64,000 nucleotides of DNA from Bacteroidia bacterium (lineage in GTDB: Bacteria; Bacteroidota; Bacteroidia; UKL13-3), in the NCBI GenBank assembly GCA_044353855.1, contig JBILBF010000001.1, positions 824,430 through 888,429 on the forward strand, read 5' to 3'. Shown here one piece after another: positions 52,019 to 62,762 of this stretch (position 1 is its first letter; each line of letters opens with the position of its first letter). The notes beneath the pieces were generated by a model. It was not told the DNA's origin. It saw nothing but the letters and a program-made list of their open reading frames with translations, and searched no databases. Position numbers and translations under genes: made by a program.

Positions 52019-52840
52019 ATGCTAGAGATTACTGATTATATTCTTCTGTTTTTATTAGGTTCTTTTGGAGCATTCGTGGCAGGTTTTTTAGGTGTGGGCG
52101 GAGGGATTATTTATATTCCTATTCTTCAACATTTTTTGTCAAAATTGAATTTGCCAGATGATATATTGGTTAAAGCAATTTTGGCGAACTCTTTGTTTGT
52201 CATAATATTTTCGGGCTCTGTAGCAACATATAAACAATATAAGTTGGGTAATTTTTTTCCCAAAGAAGTTTTGTTTGCAGCCATTCCCGGTGCATTGAGT
52301 GCTTTGTGTATGACATTTTTAATAAAATCGGGAAGTTGGTATTCTAAAGAAGTATTCAATTATATTTTTGCATCAATGCTATTGATAATCATTACTCAAA
52401 TGATTTTTGCTAAAAAACCCGTTGCATTCAAGACAGCTATTAAATTTAAACCACTTTCTTTTATATTAACTGGTTTTTTTGCTGGTTTTGTAACAGCATT
52501 ATCGGGTTTAGGCGGAGGTGTAGTAATGACTCCAATTTTTACTGACATTATTAAAATTGATATCAGAAAAGCAAGTTCTATCTCAAATGGTATTATTCCG
52601 ATATTTGCAATTGCAATTGGTATTTATAATTTAACTTCAAAAGCACCTGTCATTATTGAAAATGGACAAATCGGTTTTGTTATATTACCAATTGTTATAC
52701 CTATGATTTTAGCCACTTTCATATTTGCACAGTTAGGTGTAAAATATTCACAACAGACTAAACCTGAAGTTGTAAGAGCCATTTTTGCTGTATTTGTTTC
52801 TATTGTATTTATCAAACTGATATATGATATTTTTATATAA
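52019..52840 (+). CDS. Sulfite exporter TauE/SafE family membrane protein
   Basis: GFLGVGGGIIYIP and repeated SGLGGGVV; multiple TM segments. Confidence 0.87.
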   Translation: MLEITDYILLFLLGSFGAFVAGFLGVGGGIIYIPILQHFLSKLNLPDDILVKAILANSLFVIIFSGSVATYKQYKLGNFFPKEVLFAAIPGALSALCMTFLIKSGSWYSKEVFNYIFASMLLIIITQMIFAKKPVAFKTAIKFKPLSFILTGFFAGFVTALSGLGGGVVMTPIFTDIIKIDIRKASSISNGIIPIFAIAIGIYNLTSKAPVIIENGQIGFVILPIVIPMILATFIFAQLGVKYSQQTKPEVVRAIFAVFVSIVFIKLIYDIFI

Positions 52841-52903
52841 GTTTATTCCTATTTGTTTTCTTACATAAACATACTATTCAGTTTTTAGAAGTTGAATTTT
52901 AAT

Positions 52904-53569
52904 TTAAGTAGCTATTTGTAATACTTTAGCAATAGCATGAACTTTATATTTTTTTCCAGTTAAAACGTCTTCACAGATTATATAAGTTCTGAGTTTTTCT
53001 ATTTTTCGGAGAGTCATTTTAGTACGATTGGTCATTTTAAATAGACTTTCCATTGGCAAATCGTCAAGTATAGTTTGGTGTATTCCTGTATTGTATTTCA
53101 TCAATGCCTTCATTAAATAAACATCACCACTATGCGTGTATTTAGGAGCTTTCATGTGTTTTATTAAAGGTTGTTCGATATCAATTGGGAATATTTTCAT
53201 GATAACAAGGGGACGCATACAATTTTTAAATTCTTCTTTCCATTCTAAACCATGTGATTGATGATGTGGGCCATATTTTTTATGTGTTATATGGTGTGCT
53301 AGTTCATGAATAAATGTAATTAAAAAATCAAATGGATTTAAATTATGATTAATACTTATACGACTACCTTTTCCTATATGTGGAGTATAATCACCTAATC
53401 TGTCTTTTCTCTCAATTTCTATGTGTAAATGTAACTTATAAAGTATAATCAGTTCACTGCAATATTCAACAGCCGTATGAGGTAAATATTTTTGAAGTAC
53501 ATTCATTAATTGCTGTTTGTGCTTCAATTGTAATTCATCTAATTTACCAAGTAACAGCGAGTCATGCAT
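52904..53569 (-). CDS. SprT-like domain zinc metalloprotein
   Basis: RLGDY, ISINHNLN, TFIHELAH (HExxH) and HGLEWK. Confidence 0.85.
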   Translation of the reverse strand: MHDSLLLGKLDELQLKHKQQLMNVLQKYLPHTAVEYCSELIILYKLHLHIEIERKDRLGDYTPHIGKGSRISINHNLNPFDFLITFIHELAHHITHKKYGPHHQSHGLEWKEEFKNCMRPLVIMKIFPIDIEQPLIKHMKAPKYTHSGDVYLMKALMKYNTGIHQTILDDLPMESLFKMTNRTKMTLRKIEKLRTYIICEDVLTGKKYKVHAIAKVLQIAT

Positions 53570-53657
53570 TTTGAATAAAAATTATTATAAATAGGATTAA
53601 ATAAGGTAAAGAAAATAAGCAACAATTGTTAATTTGCCAAAACATAATATTAACACC

Positions 53658-53993
53658 ATGATTGAATTTGAATTAATTAATAAAGAAAATATTCCCGAGT
53701 ACCATTGTGTAACCTATGAGGTGCTTGAAAGCAAAGAGGCCATATTAGAACGTAATACCGAATTACAAAAAGCCATGTTACTAGGAAATAGCGAACATGT
53801 AAAGTATAAAATTTATTTTACAACTACAGAGGGGTTAAAGGAAGTTGAAACAACAGTTTGGGCTGCAACAGATTCTGATGTTACATTAAAAGGTGGAATT
53901 ATAATTCCAATTACAGCAATTAATAAGATTGCTTTTTTATACACAAAAATGCCCCGCAAGGCGGGGCGTTTTTGTGTAATTTATCAACTATAA
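53658..53993 (+). CDS. Hypothetical protein (C-terminus runs through a terminator hairpin)
   Basis: ATG at 53658; VETTVWAAT..V.LKGG..IP motif; good coding-like composition. Confidence 0.72.
   Translation: MIEFELINKENIPEYHCVTYEVLESKEAILERNTELQKAMLLGNSEHVKYKIYFTTTEGLKEVETTVWAATDSDVTLKGGIIIPITAINKIAFLYTKMPRKAGRFCVIYQL
53941..53977 (+). terminator. Strong hairpin / intrinsic terminator
   Basis: ACACAAAAATGCCCCGC-AAG-GCGGGGCGTTTTTGTGT. Confidence 0.8.
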
Positions 53994-54325
53994 AAACATG
54001 GCAACTGGCATTGCCGGTTTTTCGAATAAAATTTAGAATAGGTAATTAGCATTGATTTGGGTATAAATACTTGAAACAACTTTCTATTTTGTCCAACTCA
54101 TCCTATTCATTTAATTTAGTAATTAGAGAGTAAACTTTAGAATAACAAAATAACTTTCCTATTACTTAGCCTTCAAATTTAGGCACTTTTGTACTCTTAG
54201 CCAAAGGAAATGATTGATTTAATTAATTGATATTCAGGTATTATTATTTTTTTATTCAGATTTATTTTAAAAGAAAAATTAAATCAAGAGTTGTATCTGA
54301 ATTCTTAAGGCGCTAATAATCAACA

Positions 54326-56719
54326 CTATTTTAAAACTGTTACGTTACCATTTCGTGTTAACACTTTACCGTAATAGTCTGTATATGAAATGATAAAGAT
54401 ATAAGTATCTGAAATAACAGTTTCTCCAGAAAAAGACTGGCCATTCCATTTGTTTCTTTTGTCGGATGTTTTAAAAATTAATTGCCCCCATTTATTATAA
54501 ACCTCCAAATAATAACTTTGAACAAAAACATCTCTAATATTCCAATCATCGTTATTACCATCTCCATTTGGTGTGAATGCATTTGGGATATGTAACAATG
54601 CTTTTTGGCTAAGTATTATTTCATTTGATTTGCTATATATGGTTGAATTAGTGTACTTATCAGATTCTGTTCCAAATTTTCCTTGAGAATTTTCTTTTTG
54701 ATTGGCTACAACAGTATACTTAAATTGACCTGAAAGGATATCCAAGTTTTCATCAATAAATACTGAATCATTTGCAGATACAATAGTTTTATTGGCGGAA
54801 ATAGATTGATCGCCAAGTGCTATCAATTCATAAAAAGCAGTTCCATTTTCCCAAAATGAGTATTGATTCCAAGCCAAATTATTTGCAAATGGGATTGAAT
54901 TGCCTGTAAGCAATATCGAACAAGCTTCTTTACCCATTGGGCCATAGTTATCACAAGTATCTTTCATGATCACATGGTAACAATATGATTTTTTTGAAAC
55001 ATCCGTTTCATTATCATTATATGATGTATCTATAATGGAGTTTGTTTCATGTATCAATTTATACGTTGTAGCTGAAGCCTCTTTTTTGTATACTGAATAT
55101 CGTGCAAAATCTTTTTCATTGGATTTGGGCCAACTTAGTTTAATGGATGAGTTATTTTCAACAGATACAGTAATGATTTTTTGTTGATCAGGTAATGATT
55201 TAAGTTGTTCAAACGTGCCCAATGTATCGGATGAAGGACCAATATAACCACATTCATTTACACTCCGCATAAAATACTGATAGTTGATAGAGCTATAGTT
55301 AGGAGTATTGGTATCTTGGTAACTTCTTATTGATTTGTTTTCTATAGAATCGAGCAATATAAAATTGCTATTATTGATACCACGGTACAAATAATATTTT
55401 GTAAAATAGGGAACATTACCAGTAGAATCACCCCAATACAATATAGTTGTTTTGTTGTCAATTAGTGTCATACATACCAAATCTGTTGGGTTTGCAGTAG
55501 GCATTGGAATGGCATTTACAATAAGGTTCAACTCTATAGATGCAAATTTTGGACATCCGTTATCTCTAGCTATTACTTTAAAATTTTGGGTAGTTTTTGA
55601 GTTTAATATACAACTAGCCTCCCAACAAATTGTTCCATTAACTTTTTTAATTCCATTTATACTTTTGGTAAAAGTCGGCTTTAAGAAAATGTTAGTATCA
55701 ACAGATGTATTTGTTATTGTCAGAAATAATGAATCAGCAGGATCTGTTACCTCAATGGTAATACATTTTTTGTCGGGTGCTTTAATCGTGATAAAATTTC
55801 CAATAATATTTCCACTTTCATCTTTCACTAAAAGTTGTGGTTTAGGTTGTGGGCATTGCGATACTGTTACTTGAAGCTCTAACCTTGTTTCTCCAATTTT
55901 TACACCAGCTCTATATTCTTCTACTTTTATAGCTATAACAAATATACCAGTTGCTAATGGAGAAACACTTATTACGCCTGTATTGTTGTTTATATTAAGC
56001 GAAGGGCTTCCAATTATTTGTTGTTGGGTTGTGTAACCTCCAATCCAACTAATTTCTGAATAGGGACCAGCCGTTGCAAAATTACGAATAGGGTTGTTTT
56101 TATCTAGGTTTCCATTTAACGGATTGACCATTGAGTAAACTAATTGATCTCCATCAGCATCAGTAAACTCGAAATCATACACAGTCAATTTATCTTGACA
56201 AAATAATGCATTAGGATTTGCATTCATTACTGGGGTAGAGTTGATAAGTTTTTTAGGGGAAGGAATTTCCATGTAAATGGCTATACCGGCATCACCGGGC
56301 TGCTGAATATTATTAATTATATCATTTCGGCAACACCTTTGATAAGAAAAGTAATACCCTTTGTTATTGTTAAATTTAGATGGGTTTAAGGTAATATTTC
56401 TGGTATAAATACCAACATCTGTACAGCCACTTGGCAGTGCATTTAAGCAGTTATAGCCTACATAAGGCAAAATACTACTACTTGCTAGATTGAGTTGGTA
56501 GGTTTCCATTAACACATTCGTTTCCAAATCAAAGATTCCTACAGTTGCTGGATTATCAAATGGAGTAGTACTATTTACGCAATCCCGGTATACATTTAAG
56601 GTAAGCTTGTAGGAAAATCCTGTTGTATATTGTAATGAAAATACACCACCCACTATATGAGTGGCATGAGTATAAAAATTGACACAAATCAATATACCTA
56701 GGCTTATTACTTTTAGCAT
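54326..56719 (-). CDS. T9SS type B cargo (gliding motility-associated C-terminal domain protein)
   Basis: THIVGG N-terminus, YQRCCRN, FnIII-like segments, C-terminal IPNAFTPNGDGNND..YNKWGQLIF..WNG. Confidence 0.87.
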   Translation of the reverse strand: MLKVISLGILICVNFYTHATHIVGGVFSLQYTTGFSYKLTLNVYRDCVNSTTPFDNPATVGIFDLETNVLMETYQLNLASSSILPYVGYNCLNALPSGCTDVGIYTRNITLNPSKFNNNKGYYFSYQRCCRNDIINNIQQPGDAGIAIYMEIPSPKKLINSTPVMNANPNALFCQDKLTVYDFEFTDADGDQLVYSMVNPLNGNLDKNNPIRNFATAGPYSEISWIGGYTTQQQIIGSPSLNINNNTGVISVSPLATGIFVIAIKVEEYRAGVKIGETRLELQVTVSQCPQPKPQLLVKDESGNIIGNFITIKAPDKKCITIEVTDPADSLFLTITNTSVDTNIFLKPTFTKSINGIKKVNGTICWEASCILNSKTTQNFKVIARDNGCPKFASIELNLIVNAIPMPTANPTDLVCMTLIDNKTTILYWGDSTGNVPYFTKYYLYRGINNSNFILLDSIENKSIRSYQDTNTPNYSSINYQYFMRSVNECGYIGPSSDTLGTFEQLKSLPDQQKIITVSVENNSSIKLSWPKSNEKDFARYSVYKKEASATTYKLIHETNSIIDTSYNDNETDVSKKSYCYHVIMKDTCDNYGPMGKEACSILLTGNSIPFANNLAWNQYSFWENGTAFYELIALGDQSISANKTIVSANDSVFIDENLDILSGQFKYTVVANQKENSQGKFGTESDKYTNSTIYSKSNEIILSQKALLHIPNAFTPNGDGNNDDWNIRDVFVQSYYLEVYNKWGQLIFKTSDKRNKWNGQSFSGETVISDTYIFIISYTDYYGKVLTRNGNVTVLK

Positions 56720-56726
56720 AACAAAT

Positions 56727-56734
56727 CAAATATA
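56727..56734 (-). promoter_or_regulatory. -7 promoter element (TATATTTG) immediately upstream of the type B cargo gene
   Basis: Exact consensus match only 8 bp from the ATG, implying a near-leaderless mRNA if used. Confidence 0.4.
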
Positions 56735-56802
56735 GGTTGTTCTATCTTTAATATGTTTATAATAGTATTCGATATAAAAGATGACAATTCTATTGCATAA
56801 AA

Positions 56803-56831
56803 AAACCACTAGTTTTGAGGTAGTGGTTTTA
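56803..56831 (-). terminator. Intrinsic terminator after the DUF3332-like gene
   Basis: AAAACCACTA / TAGTGGTTTT inverted repeat. Confidence 0.7.
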
Positions 56832-56849
56832 CGATTAATAATTAACTGT

Positions 56850-57404
56850 TTAATTAGAAACATTTAGAAATCCTTGTGATGCTATAATGTTCATATCAAA
56901 TAATTTAACTGTTCCATCAGCAGTAAAAATTTCTACTTTATTGATATCATCATGAATAGTTGCAATTGGTTGAGTAATCCCACCTTTTGTTGCACTCCAT
57001 GTTTTAGTATCTGGGTTATAAAACAATGAAGTTTTATCTCCTTTTTTATTGCCTGTTAAAGCTACAATATCATAGCGATATTGAGTAACGGTCATTTCAT
57101 AGTCGTTACCATCATTACCTTTTACAATTCCTTTTTCCATTTCACCAGGTTTCATTGCCATTGGGTTAGATCCTGACCAAAATTCGATTAGGTTTAAAAT
57201 AACGGAATCAATAAATAAAGTTAGTGGGTAAAGTATCCAACCTAAAACCCAAAAAATAAGATTGTTTATAAACTTATTTCCAGTAGCTTTTTCATTCCAC
57301 TGATACACTTTTTTAGTAATAGCCCATGAGCCCATACAACCTGTGTTTAGCGTACCAATGCCTAGCATTAGAATTGCCATTGAGTAAATTCCAAATTTTT
57401 TCAT
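56850..57404 (-). CDS. DUF3332-like lipoprotein
   Basis: NTGCMGSWAITKKVYQWN..NKF.N, D..ILNLIEFWSGSNP pattern. Confidence 0.75.
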   Translation of the reverse strand: MKKFGIYSMAILMLGIGTLNTGCMGSWAITKKVYQWNEKATGNKFINNLIFWVLGWILYPLTLFIDSVILNLIEFWSGSNPMAMKPGEMEKGIVKGNDGNDYEMTVTQYRYDIVALTGNKKGDKTSLFYNPDTKTWSATKGGITQPIATIHDDINKVEIFTADGTVKLFDMNIIASQGFLNVSN

Positions 57405-57480
57405 ATTTAATTTTTATTTTAATTGTTTTTTAAATTAAGAGATAAAAAATCGATTTGTCAATGCTGAAAAGTAAAAACTA

Positions 57481-57517
57481 AAAAAAAATGGTTGACTTAC
57501 TATAAGTCAACCATTTT
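57481..57517 (-). terminator. Intrinsic terminator after rny
   Basis: AAAATGGTTGACTTA / TAAGTCAACCATTTT 15-bp inverted repeat. Confidence 0.85.
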
Positions 57518-57535
57518 AAAATAATAACGATAATG

Positions 57536-59077
57536 TTATTTAGCAAAATTGACTGCTCTTTTTTCTCTAATAACAGTAATTTTAATCTGACCAGGATAGG
57601 TCATTTCTTTTTGAATTCGTTGAGATAAATCAATCGACATAATATCGGCTTGTTCATCTGTCACTTTTTCAGATTCAACAATAACACGCAACTCTCTTCC
57701 AGCCTGTATTGCATATGCTTTTTCTACTCCTCCATAACTTAGGGCAATGCTTTCCAAGTCTTTTAAGCGTTTCATGTAGTTTTCGGTATTCTCTCTTCGA
57801 GCTCCTGGTCGAGAACCAGATATAGCATCACAAGCCTGAATTATAGGAGATAAAATAGAAGTCATTTCAACTTCATCATGATGTGCACCTATGGCATTTA
57901 CTACTTCCCAATTTTCTTTGTATTTCTCAGCAAGTTTCATCCCCAACAAAGCATGTGGAGTTTCAGGATCATCATCTGGAACTTTACCAATATCATGTAA
58001 TAAACCAGCACGTTTTGCTAATTTTACATTAAGTCCCATCTCAGCTGCCATAGTAGCGCATAGATTTGCAACCTCTCGGCTATGTTGTAATAAATTTTGA
58101 CCATAACTTGAACGGTAACGCATTCTTCCCACCATTCTTATTAACTCAGGATGTAAGCCATGTATGCCTAAATCAATACAAGTACGTTCGCCAATTTCTA
58201 CTACTTCTTCTTCTAACTGTTTGCGAGTTTTTACAACAACTTCTTCAATTCGAGCTGGGTGAATTCGACCATCTTGAACCAAACGATGTAAAGATAAACG
58301 TGCAATTTCTCTTCGAATGGGATCAAAACAAGATAAAATAATTGCTTCAGGAGTATCATCTACAATAATTTCAACACCTGTAGCTGCCTCTAATGCTCTT
58401 ATATTTCTGCCTTCTCTACCAATTATTCTTCCCTTCATTTCATCGCTATCTATATTAAAAACGGAAACGGAATTTTCAATGGCATGTTCAGCTGCTGAAC
58501 GTTGGATAGAACTCAAAATAATTTTCTTAGCTTCTTTATTGGCAGTAAGTTTTGCCTCGTCCACCAAGTCTTTTATTTTGCTCATTGCTTCAGTTCGAGC
58601 TTCTTCAGTTAGAGCCTCAACTAATTGTGATTTTGCCTCAATTGCGGTTAAACCAGCAATTTTTTCTAATTGTTTTACTTGGGTTTGATGAGCTTTATCT
58701 ACTTCTTCTTTTTTTATGGATAAAGTAGCTTGTTGTTTTTCTAAACTTGCTCTAATTTGCTCTAAATCTTGGTCTTTGCGTTGAGCCGATTCTAATTTCT
58801 GATTTAGTGATTGTTCTTTTTGTTTAATCTTATTTTCATTAGCTATAACTTGTTGATTGCGTTGCATTACTTCTTTTTCGTGCTCTGCTTTAAGCTGAAT
58901 AAGTTTTTCTTTGGCTTCCAACATTCTATCTTTTTTCAAGATTTCCGCTTGTGCCTCTGCATCTTTTACAATTTGAATTGCTTTTTTGTTAAGTCCAGAT
59001 TGTAATAAGGCATACATTAGAGCTGATCCAGCACCTAAAGCTACCATGGTAATAATCACTACTAAATAAATTTCCAT
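57536..59077 (-). CDS. rny: Ribonuclease Y
   Basis: N-terminal TM and coiled coil, KH ([13 protein letters not shown]), HD (AGLLHDIGK), AIQAGRE. Confidence 0.97.
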   Translation of the reverse strand: MEIYLVVIITMVALGAGSALMYALLQSGLNKKAIQIVKDAEAQAEILKKDRMLEAKEKLIQLKAEHEKEVMQRNQQVIANENKIKQKEQSLNQKLESAQRKDQDLEQIRASLEKQQATLSIKKEEVDKAHQTQVKQLEKIAGLTAIEAKSQLVEALTEEARTEAMSKIKDLVDEAKLTANKEAKKIILSSIQRSAAEHAIENSVSVFNIDSDEMKGRIIGREGRNIRALEAATGVEIIVDDTPEAIILSCFDPIRREIARLSLHRLVQDGRIHPARIEEVVVKTRKQLEEEVVEIGERTCIDLGIHGLHPELIRMVGRMRYRSSYGQNLLQHSREVANLCATMAAEMGLNVKLAKRAGLLHDIGKVPDDDPETPHALLGMKLAEKYKENWEVVNAIGAHHDEVEMTSILSPIIQACDAISGSRPGARRENTENYMKRLKDLESIALSYGGVEKAYAIQAGRELRVIVESEKVTDEQADIMSIDLSQRIQKEMTYPGQIKITVIREKRAVNFAK

Positions 59078-59135
59078 AAACCGAATTGGGTTTGTTACAT
59101 GAATAAAAATGAAAAGGAAATTCAGCAGGAATAGT

Positions 59136-59423
59136 TTAAAGGGTTACCTGTTTAAGCAGGCTTTGGATAGCTTCCAATTCTAGTGTTAAACCATTGTCTT
59201 CAATCAATGGCTTATCTTGGAGTTTTATCAAATCGGTGGCCAGTTCTAGGGCACACATCGACAGAATATCTTGCTTATCTTTTACAGAAAACTGTTTTTC
59301 GTACAGTTTGAGTTTATCATTGATAAGCTTAGCTGCTTTCCTCACTTGTTCTTCCTGCTCAGCATGGATGCTAAGTGGGTAAAACCGGTCGGCTATATTC
59401 ACTTTGATAGAAAGTTCGTCCAA
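59136..59423 (-). CDS. zapA: Cell division protein ZapA
   Basis: [30 protein letters not shown]; TTG start; upstream of rny. Confidence 0.88.
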   Translation of the reverse strand: MDELSIKVNIADRFYPLSIHAEQEEQVRKAAKLINDKLKLYEKQFSVKDKQDILSMCALELATDLIKLQDKPLIEDNGLTLELEAIQSLLKQVTL

Positions 59424-59432
59424 CGTTTTAAA

Positions 59433-59723
59433 CTATTTGTTACTGAGTAACCTTAAACAATCGTCAATCTCTTTTATGTAAACAGAAACCACTTTAAAGA
59501 GTTCCCGTTTTTCATTCGACTGATCAAGTATTTCAGCAATTTTAAGCATTTTATTGGTTTCTTTTAATGCTTTGATGCTATTTTTTTGTTGGTCGAGTGA
59601 GTTTTTTAACTCTAAATTCTCATTTTGGAGCTTATTACACCTATTTTCAAGCTGCTCCAACTTCTGAAGTATCTTGATAACTTTTAGTTTAATTTCTGTA
59701 GATGTAAGTTGAAGACTCTCCAT
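59433..59723 (-). CDS. Coiled-coil hypothetical protein (ZapB-like position)
   Basis: Heptad-rich 96 aa between pheT and zapA; ends YIKEIDDCLRLL. Confidence 0.75.
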   Translation of the reverse strand: MESLQLTSTEIKLKVIKILQKLEQLENRCNKLQNENLELKNSLDQQKNSIKALKETNKMLKIAEILDQSNEKRELFKVVSVYIKEIDDCLRLLSNK

Positions 59724-59725
59724 AT

Positions 59726-62146
59726 TTAGCTTCTTAGGATAGCACCTAATTCTTTTTCAAATTGTTTTATCAATTTAGTCATAACCGTATCAATATCTTG
59801 GTCGGTTAATGTTTTTTCTTCATCTTGTAAAATAAAACTTATGGCATATGATTTTTTACCTGGCGCAATTTTATCACCTTGGTAAACATCAAATGCATTT
59901 ACAGCTTGAATTAGCTTTGGCTCTGTTTTCAAAGCAACACGTTCAATATCAACATAGTTTGTTGTATTATCGAGTAATAACGCTAAATCTCTTCTCACGA
60001 TAGGAAAAGCAGCAATTGGCTTGAATTTCAAATTATTCATGGCACACAATTCGATAATAGTATTCCAATGAAAATCAGCAAAATAAACAGGAGTGATTAA
60101 GTCGAAATTTTTAGTTAATTCTGAGCTAATAGTTCCAAAAACAGCTACTATTTTATTTTTATACGATAACGAAACAGCATTGTAAAGTCTACTATCTTGA
60201 TGGTTAAAATCTGTTTCTAATTTTTGATTAATTCCTAGGCGACTTATAACATTTTTTACAACTGATTTTAAGGTAAAGTAAGTTGAAGCTTGTTGGGGAT
60301 TATTCCAGCTTTCTGCTTGTTTATTTCCATAAATATAAAAAACACAATGTGGCGTTTCAACATAATTATCCTCTATTTTTTGATAAGTTTTACCAAATTC
60401 AAAACATCTTAGGTCTGCCGTTTTGCGGTTATTGTTGTATTGTAATATTTCCAGTCCACTATACAACATTTGCATACGCATAATATCCAAATCTTTGCTT
60501 AAAGGATTAAGTATTTTTATTGATTTCGACAATTCATCTTCACTGTAATATGCCGATTTTGTTAGTGAATTACAAGTAAGTTCATAAAATCCAATATTGC
60601 ATAAATAGTCAGCAACTTTGTTTCGTAATGTATATTTTATATCATCATCTGAAGGTGAAATGGACGACCTAATTTGAGTAGGTATATCAATATTATTCAA
60701 TCCATAAATACGTAAAATTTCTTCAGCAATATCAGCTTCACGGGTAACATCCGTGCGATATGGGGGTATCGAAAGTATTAGGTTTTCAGCAGATTCATTC
60801 AAGATTATTATGTCCAAACCATTTAATATTCTTTTTACTTCCACCAAAGGTATTTCTTGTCCAATTAGTTTATTGAATTTTGGAATTGAAAAGTTTAATT
60901 CAATATTCTTGATAGGAGATGGATATACATCTTCTATTTTTGATGAAATTTCCCCTCCAGCAATTTCAATGATTAATGATGCAACAAGTTCAAGCGCATA
61001 TGAAGTAATAGTTGGATCTGTTCCACGTTCATATCTGAATGAAGCATCTGTAGATATTCCATGAGTTTTTGCAGTTTTACGAACGGATGCCGCATTAAAA
61101 TAAGCGCTCTCAACAAATATATTTTTTGTATTGGTTGATATGCCAGAAGCTAATCCTCCGAATACACCTGCAATGGCTAATGGTTTTTCAGCATCACATA
61201 TCATCAATTCAATTCCAGTGAGCTTACGTTCAACTTTATCAAGAGTAGTAAAAGTGGTTCCGGCTTCAGCCTTTTTAACAATGATTGATTTACCGGCAAT
61301 TTTATCAGCATCAAATGCATGTATCGGTTGCCCCAACTCATGCAATACATAATTGGTGGCATCCACAATATTATTAATAGGTGAAAGGCCAATTACTTTT
61401 AATTTTTGTTTTATCCAATCAGGAGATTCTTTAACTGTAATTCCTGAAATAGATAATCCAGAATAACGAGGACAATCAGAGTCTTTAACTGATATTGAAA
61501 TTGGGGATTTGAAATTCGAACTTTGAAATTCGATGGGCTTAATGTTTGATATAGAATTTTTGAGAGGGGTATTTGTCAAAGCTCTTAAATCTCTTGCTAC
61601 CCCTCTGTGTGAAGCAGCATCACCTCGATTTGCCGTTAATCCAATTTCTATTAAATAGTCAGTATAAATAGGAAAGTAAGTTGAAGCTTTTTCGCCAACA
61701 TTATACTCTTTAGGTAATACCATAATTCCATCATGACTTTTTCCTAAGCCTAATTCATCTTCAGCACAAATCATACCTTCACTCACTTCACCTCTAATTT
61801 TACTTTTATTGATGTTAAATGACTCTCCAAGTTGAGGATACAAAGTTGTTCCAACTGTAGCAATTAAAACTTTTTGACCAACTGCAACATTTGGTGCACC
61901 ACAAACTATTTGAACATCAGTTTCGCCACCAATATTTACTGTTGTTACACTAAGTTTATCAGCATTAGCGTGTTTAATACATGTTTTTATTTCACCTACA
62001 ATGACGCCTTCCAATCCTCCCTTTATAGATTCGTATTTTTCGATGCTTTCAACTTCTAAACCAGTGCCTGTAAGCATTGCCGAAACTTCTTCGGGGCTTT
62101 TTTGAATATCGATTTGTTCAAGCAACCAATTATAAGATATTTTCAT
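59726..62146 (-). CDS. pheT: Phenylalanine--tRNA ligase beta subunit
   Basis: MKISYNWL, HANADKL, IVCGAPNV, GLTANRGD, NNIVDATNY and FDX-ACB C-terminus. Confidence 0.98.
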   Translation of the reverse strand: MKISYNWLLEQIDIQKSPEEVSAMLTGTGLEVESIEKYESIKGGLEGVIVGEIKTCIKHANADKLSVTTVNIGGETDVQIVCGAPNVAVGQKVLIATVGTTLYPQLGESFNINKSKIRGEVSEGMICAEDELGLGKSHDGIMVLPKEYNVGEKASTYFPIYTDYLIEIGLTANRGDAASHRGVARDLRALTNTPLKNSISNIKPIEFQSSNFKSPISISVKDSDCPRYSGLSISGITVKESPDWIKQKLKVIGLSPINNIVDATNYVLHELGQPIHAFDADKIAGKSIIVKKAEAGTTFTTLDKVERKLTGIELMICDAEKPLAIAGVFGGLASGISTNTKNIFVESAYFNAASVRKTAKTHGISTDASFRYERGTDPTITSYALELVASLIIEIAGGEISSKIEDVYPSPIKNIELNFSIPKFNKLIGQEIPLVEVKRILNGLDIIILNESAENLILSIPPYRTDVTREADIAEEILRIYGLNNIDIPTQIRSSISPSDDDIKYTLRNKVADYLCNIGFYELTCNSLTKSAYYSEDELSKSIKILNPLSKDLDIMRMQMLYSGLEILQYNNNRKTADLRCFEFGKTYQKIEDNYVETPHCVFYIYGNKQAESWNNPQQASTYFTLKSVVKNVISRLGINQKLETDFNHQDSRLYNAVSLSYKNKIVAVFGTISSELTKNFDLITPVYFADFHWNTIIELCAMNNLKFKPIAAFPIVRRDLALLLDNTTNYVDIERVALKTEPKLIQAVNAFDVYQGDKIAPGKKSYAISFILQDEEKTLTDQDIDTVMTKLIKQFEKELGAILRS

Positions 62147-62163
62147 ATGTCTAGTTTTTTTAA

Positions 62164-62308
62164 GGAAAGGTAATAGTGTATTGTTTAGAGAAACCTTATC
62201 TTGGCTATATGTTTCCGTTGGTTATTTCCAATACTGTAAATTTTACAGGAAACACTCAATCGCAACTCTTCTCTATTTTACGACAACTATTTTCTCACCT
62301 TTGCTAAT
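62164..62308 (-). ncRNA. Candidate 6S-like structured RNA / long structured pheT leader
   Basis: Nested long-range pairings forming a rod with a central bubble; TACTTTCG promoter-like element at 62323-62316. Confidence 0.45.
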
Positions 62309-62399
62309 CAAGAAGCGAAAGTAAGAAACTCAATTGAAATATATTAGGAACTTTTTCATCCTTTTTATGTTAATTTTGGTAGAAATATTGAATTAGGAT

Positions 62400-62762
62400 A
62401 TGAATAAGAAAACATTGGTTATAGGAGCTTCTCCAAATCCGGCTAGATACGGATTTAAAGCAACTGACATGTTGAATAAATATAAACATGAAGTTGTGGC
62501 ATTTGGAATTAAGAAGGGAATGATCGATAAACATCCTATAGTAAATCAATTGCCATATGATACTGATTTTGATACAATTACGTTATATTTAAATCCTCAA
62601 AATCAAGAACTGTATCAGGATTATATTATTCGTTTAAAACCCAAAAGAGTAGTTTTTAATCCAGGAACAGAAAACCCTGAATTTGAAAAAAGGCTTATTG
62701 AAAATGGAATTAGTCCATTGGAAGCTTGTACTCTAGTCTTGCTGAGAACAGGGCAGTATTAG
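62400..62762 (+). CDS. CoA-binding domain protein
   Basis: KTLVIGASPNPARYG, DTITLYLNP and RVVFNPGTEN. Confidence 0.88.
   Translation: MNKKTLVIGASPNPARYGFKATDMLNKYKHEVVAFGIKKGMIDKHPIVNQLPYDTDFDTITLYLNPQNQELYQDYIIRLKPKRVVFNPGTENPEFEKRLIENGISPLEACTLVLLRTGQY

Noticed and set aside
53937-53945. TTATACACA DnaA-box match; weaker matches near 20736 and 20787
   Set aside because: Isolated degenerate 9-mers are expected by chance in AT-rich DNA.
53994-54325. 330-bp spacer as a possible pseudogene or ncRNA
   Set aside because: The frames I translated have frequent stops with no recognisable protein similarity; only one small hairpin (about 54003-54020); no RNase P, tmRNA, SRP or riboswitch signatures seen.
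62150-62320. T-box riboswitch upstream of pheT
   Set aside because: No GGGTGGNACC T-box, specifier loop or terminator/antiterminator pair; T-boxes are not expected in Bacteroidota.
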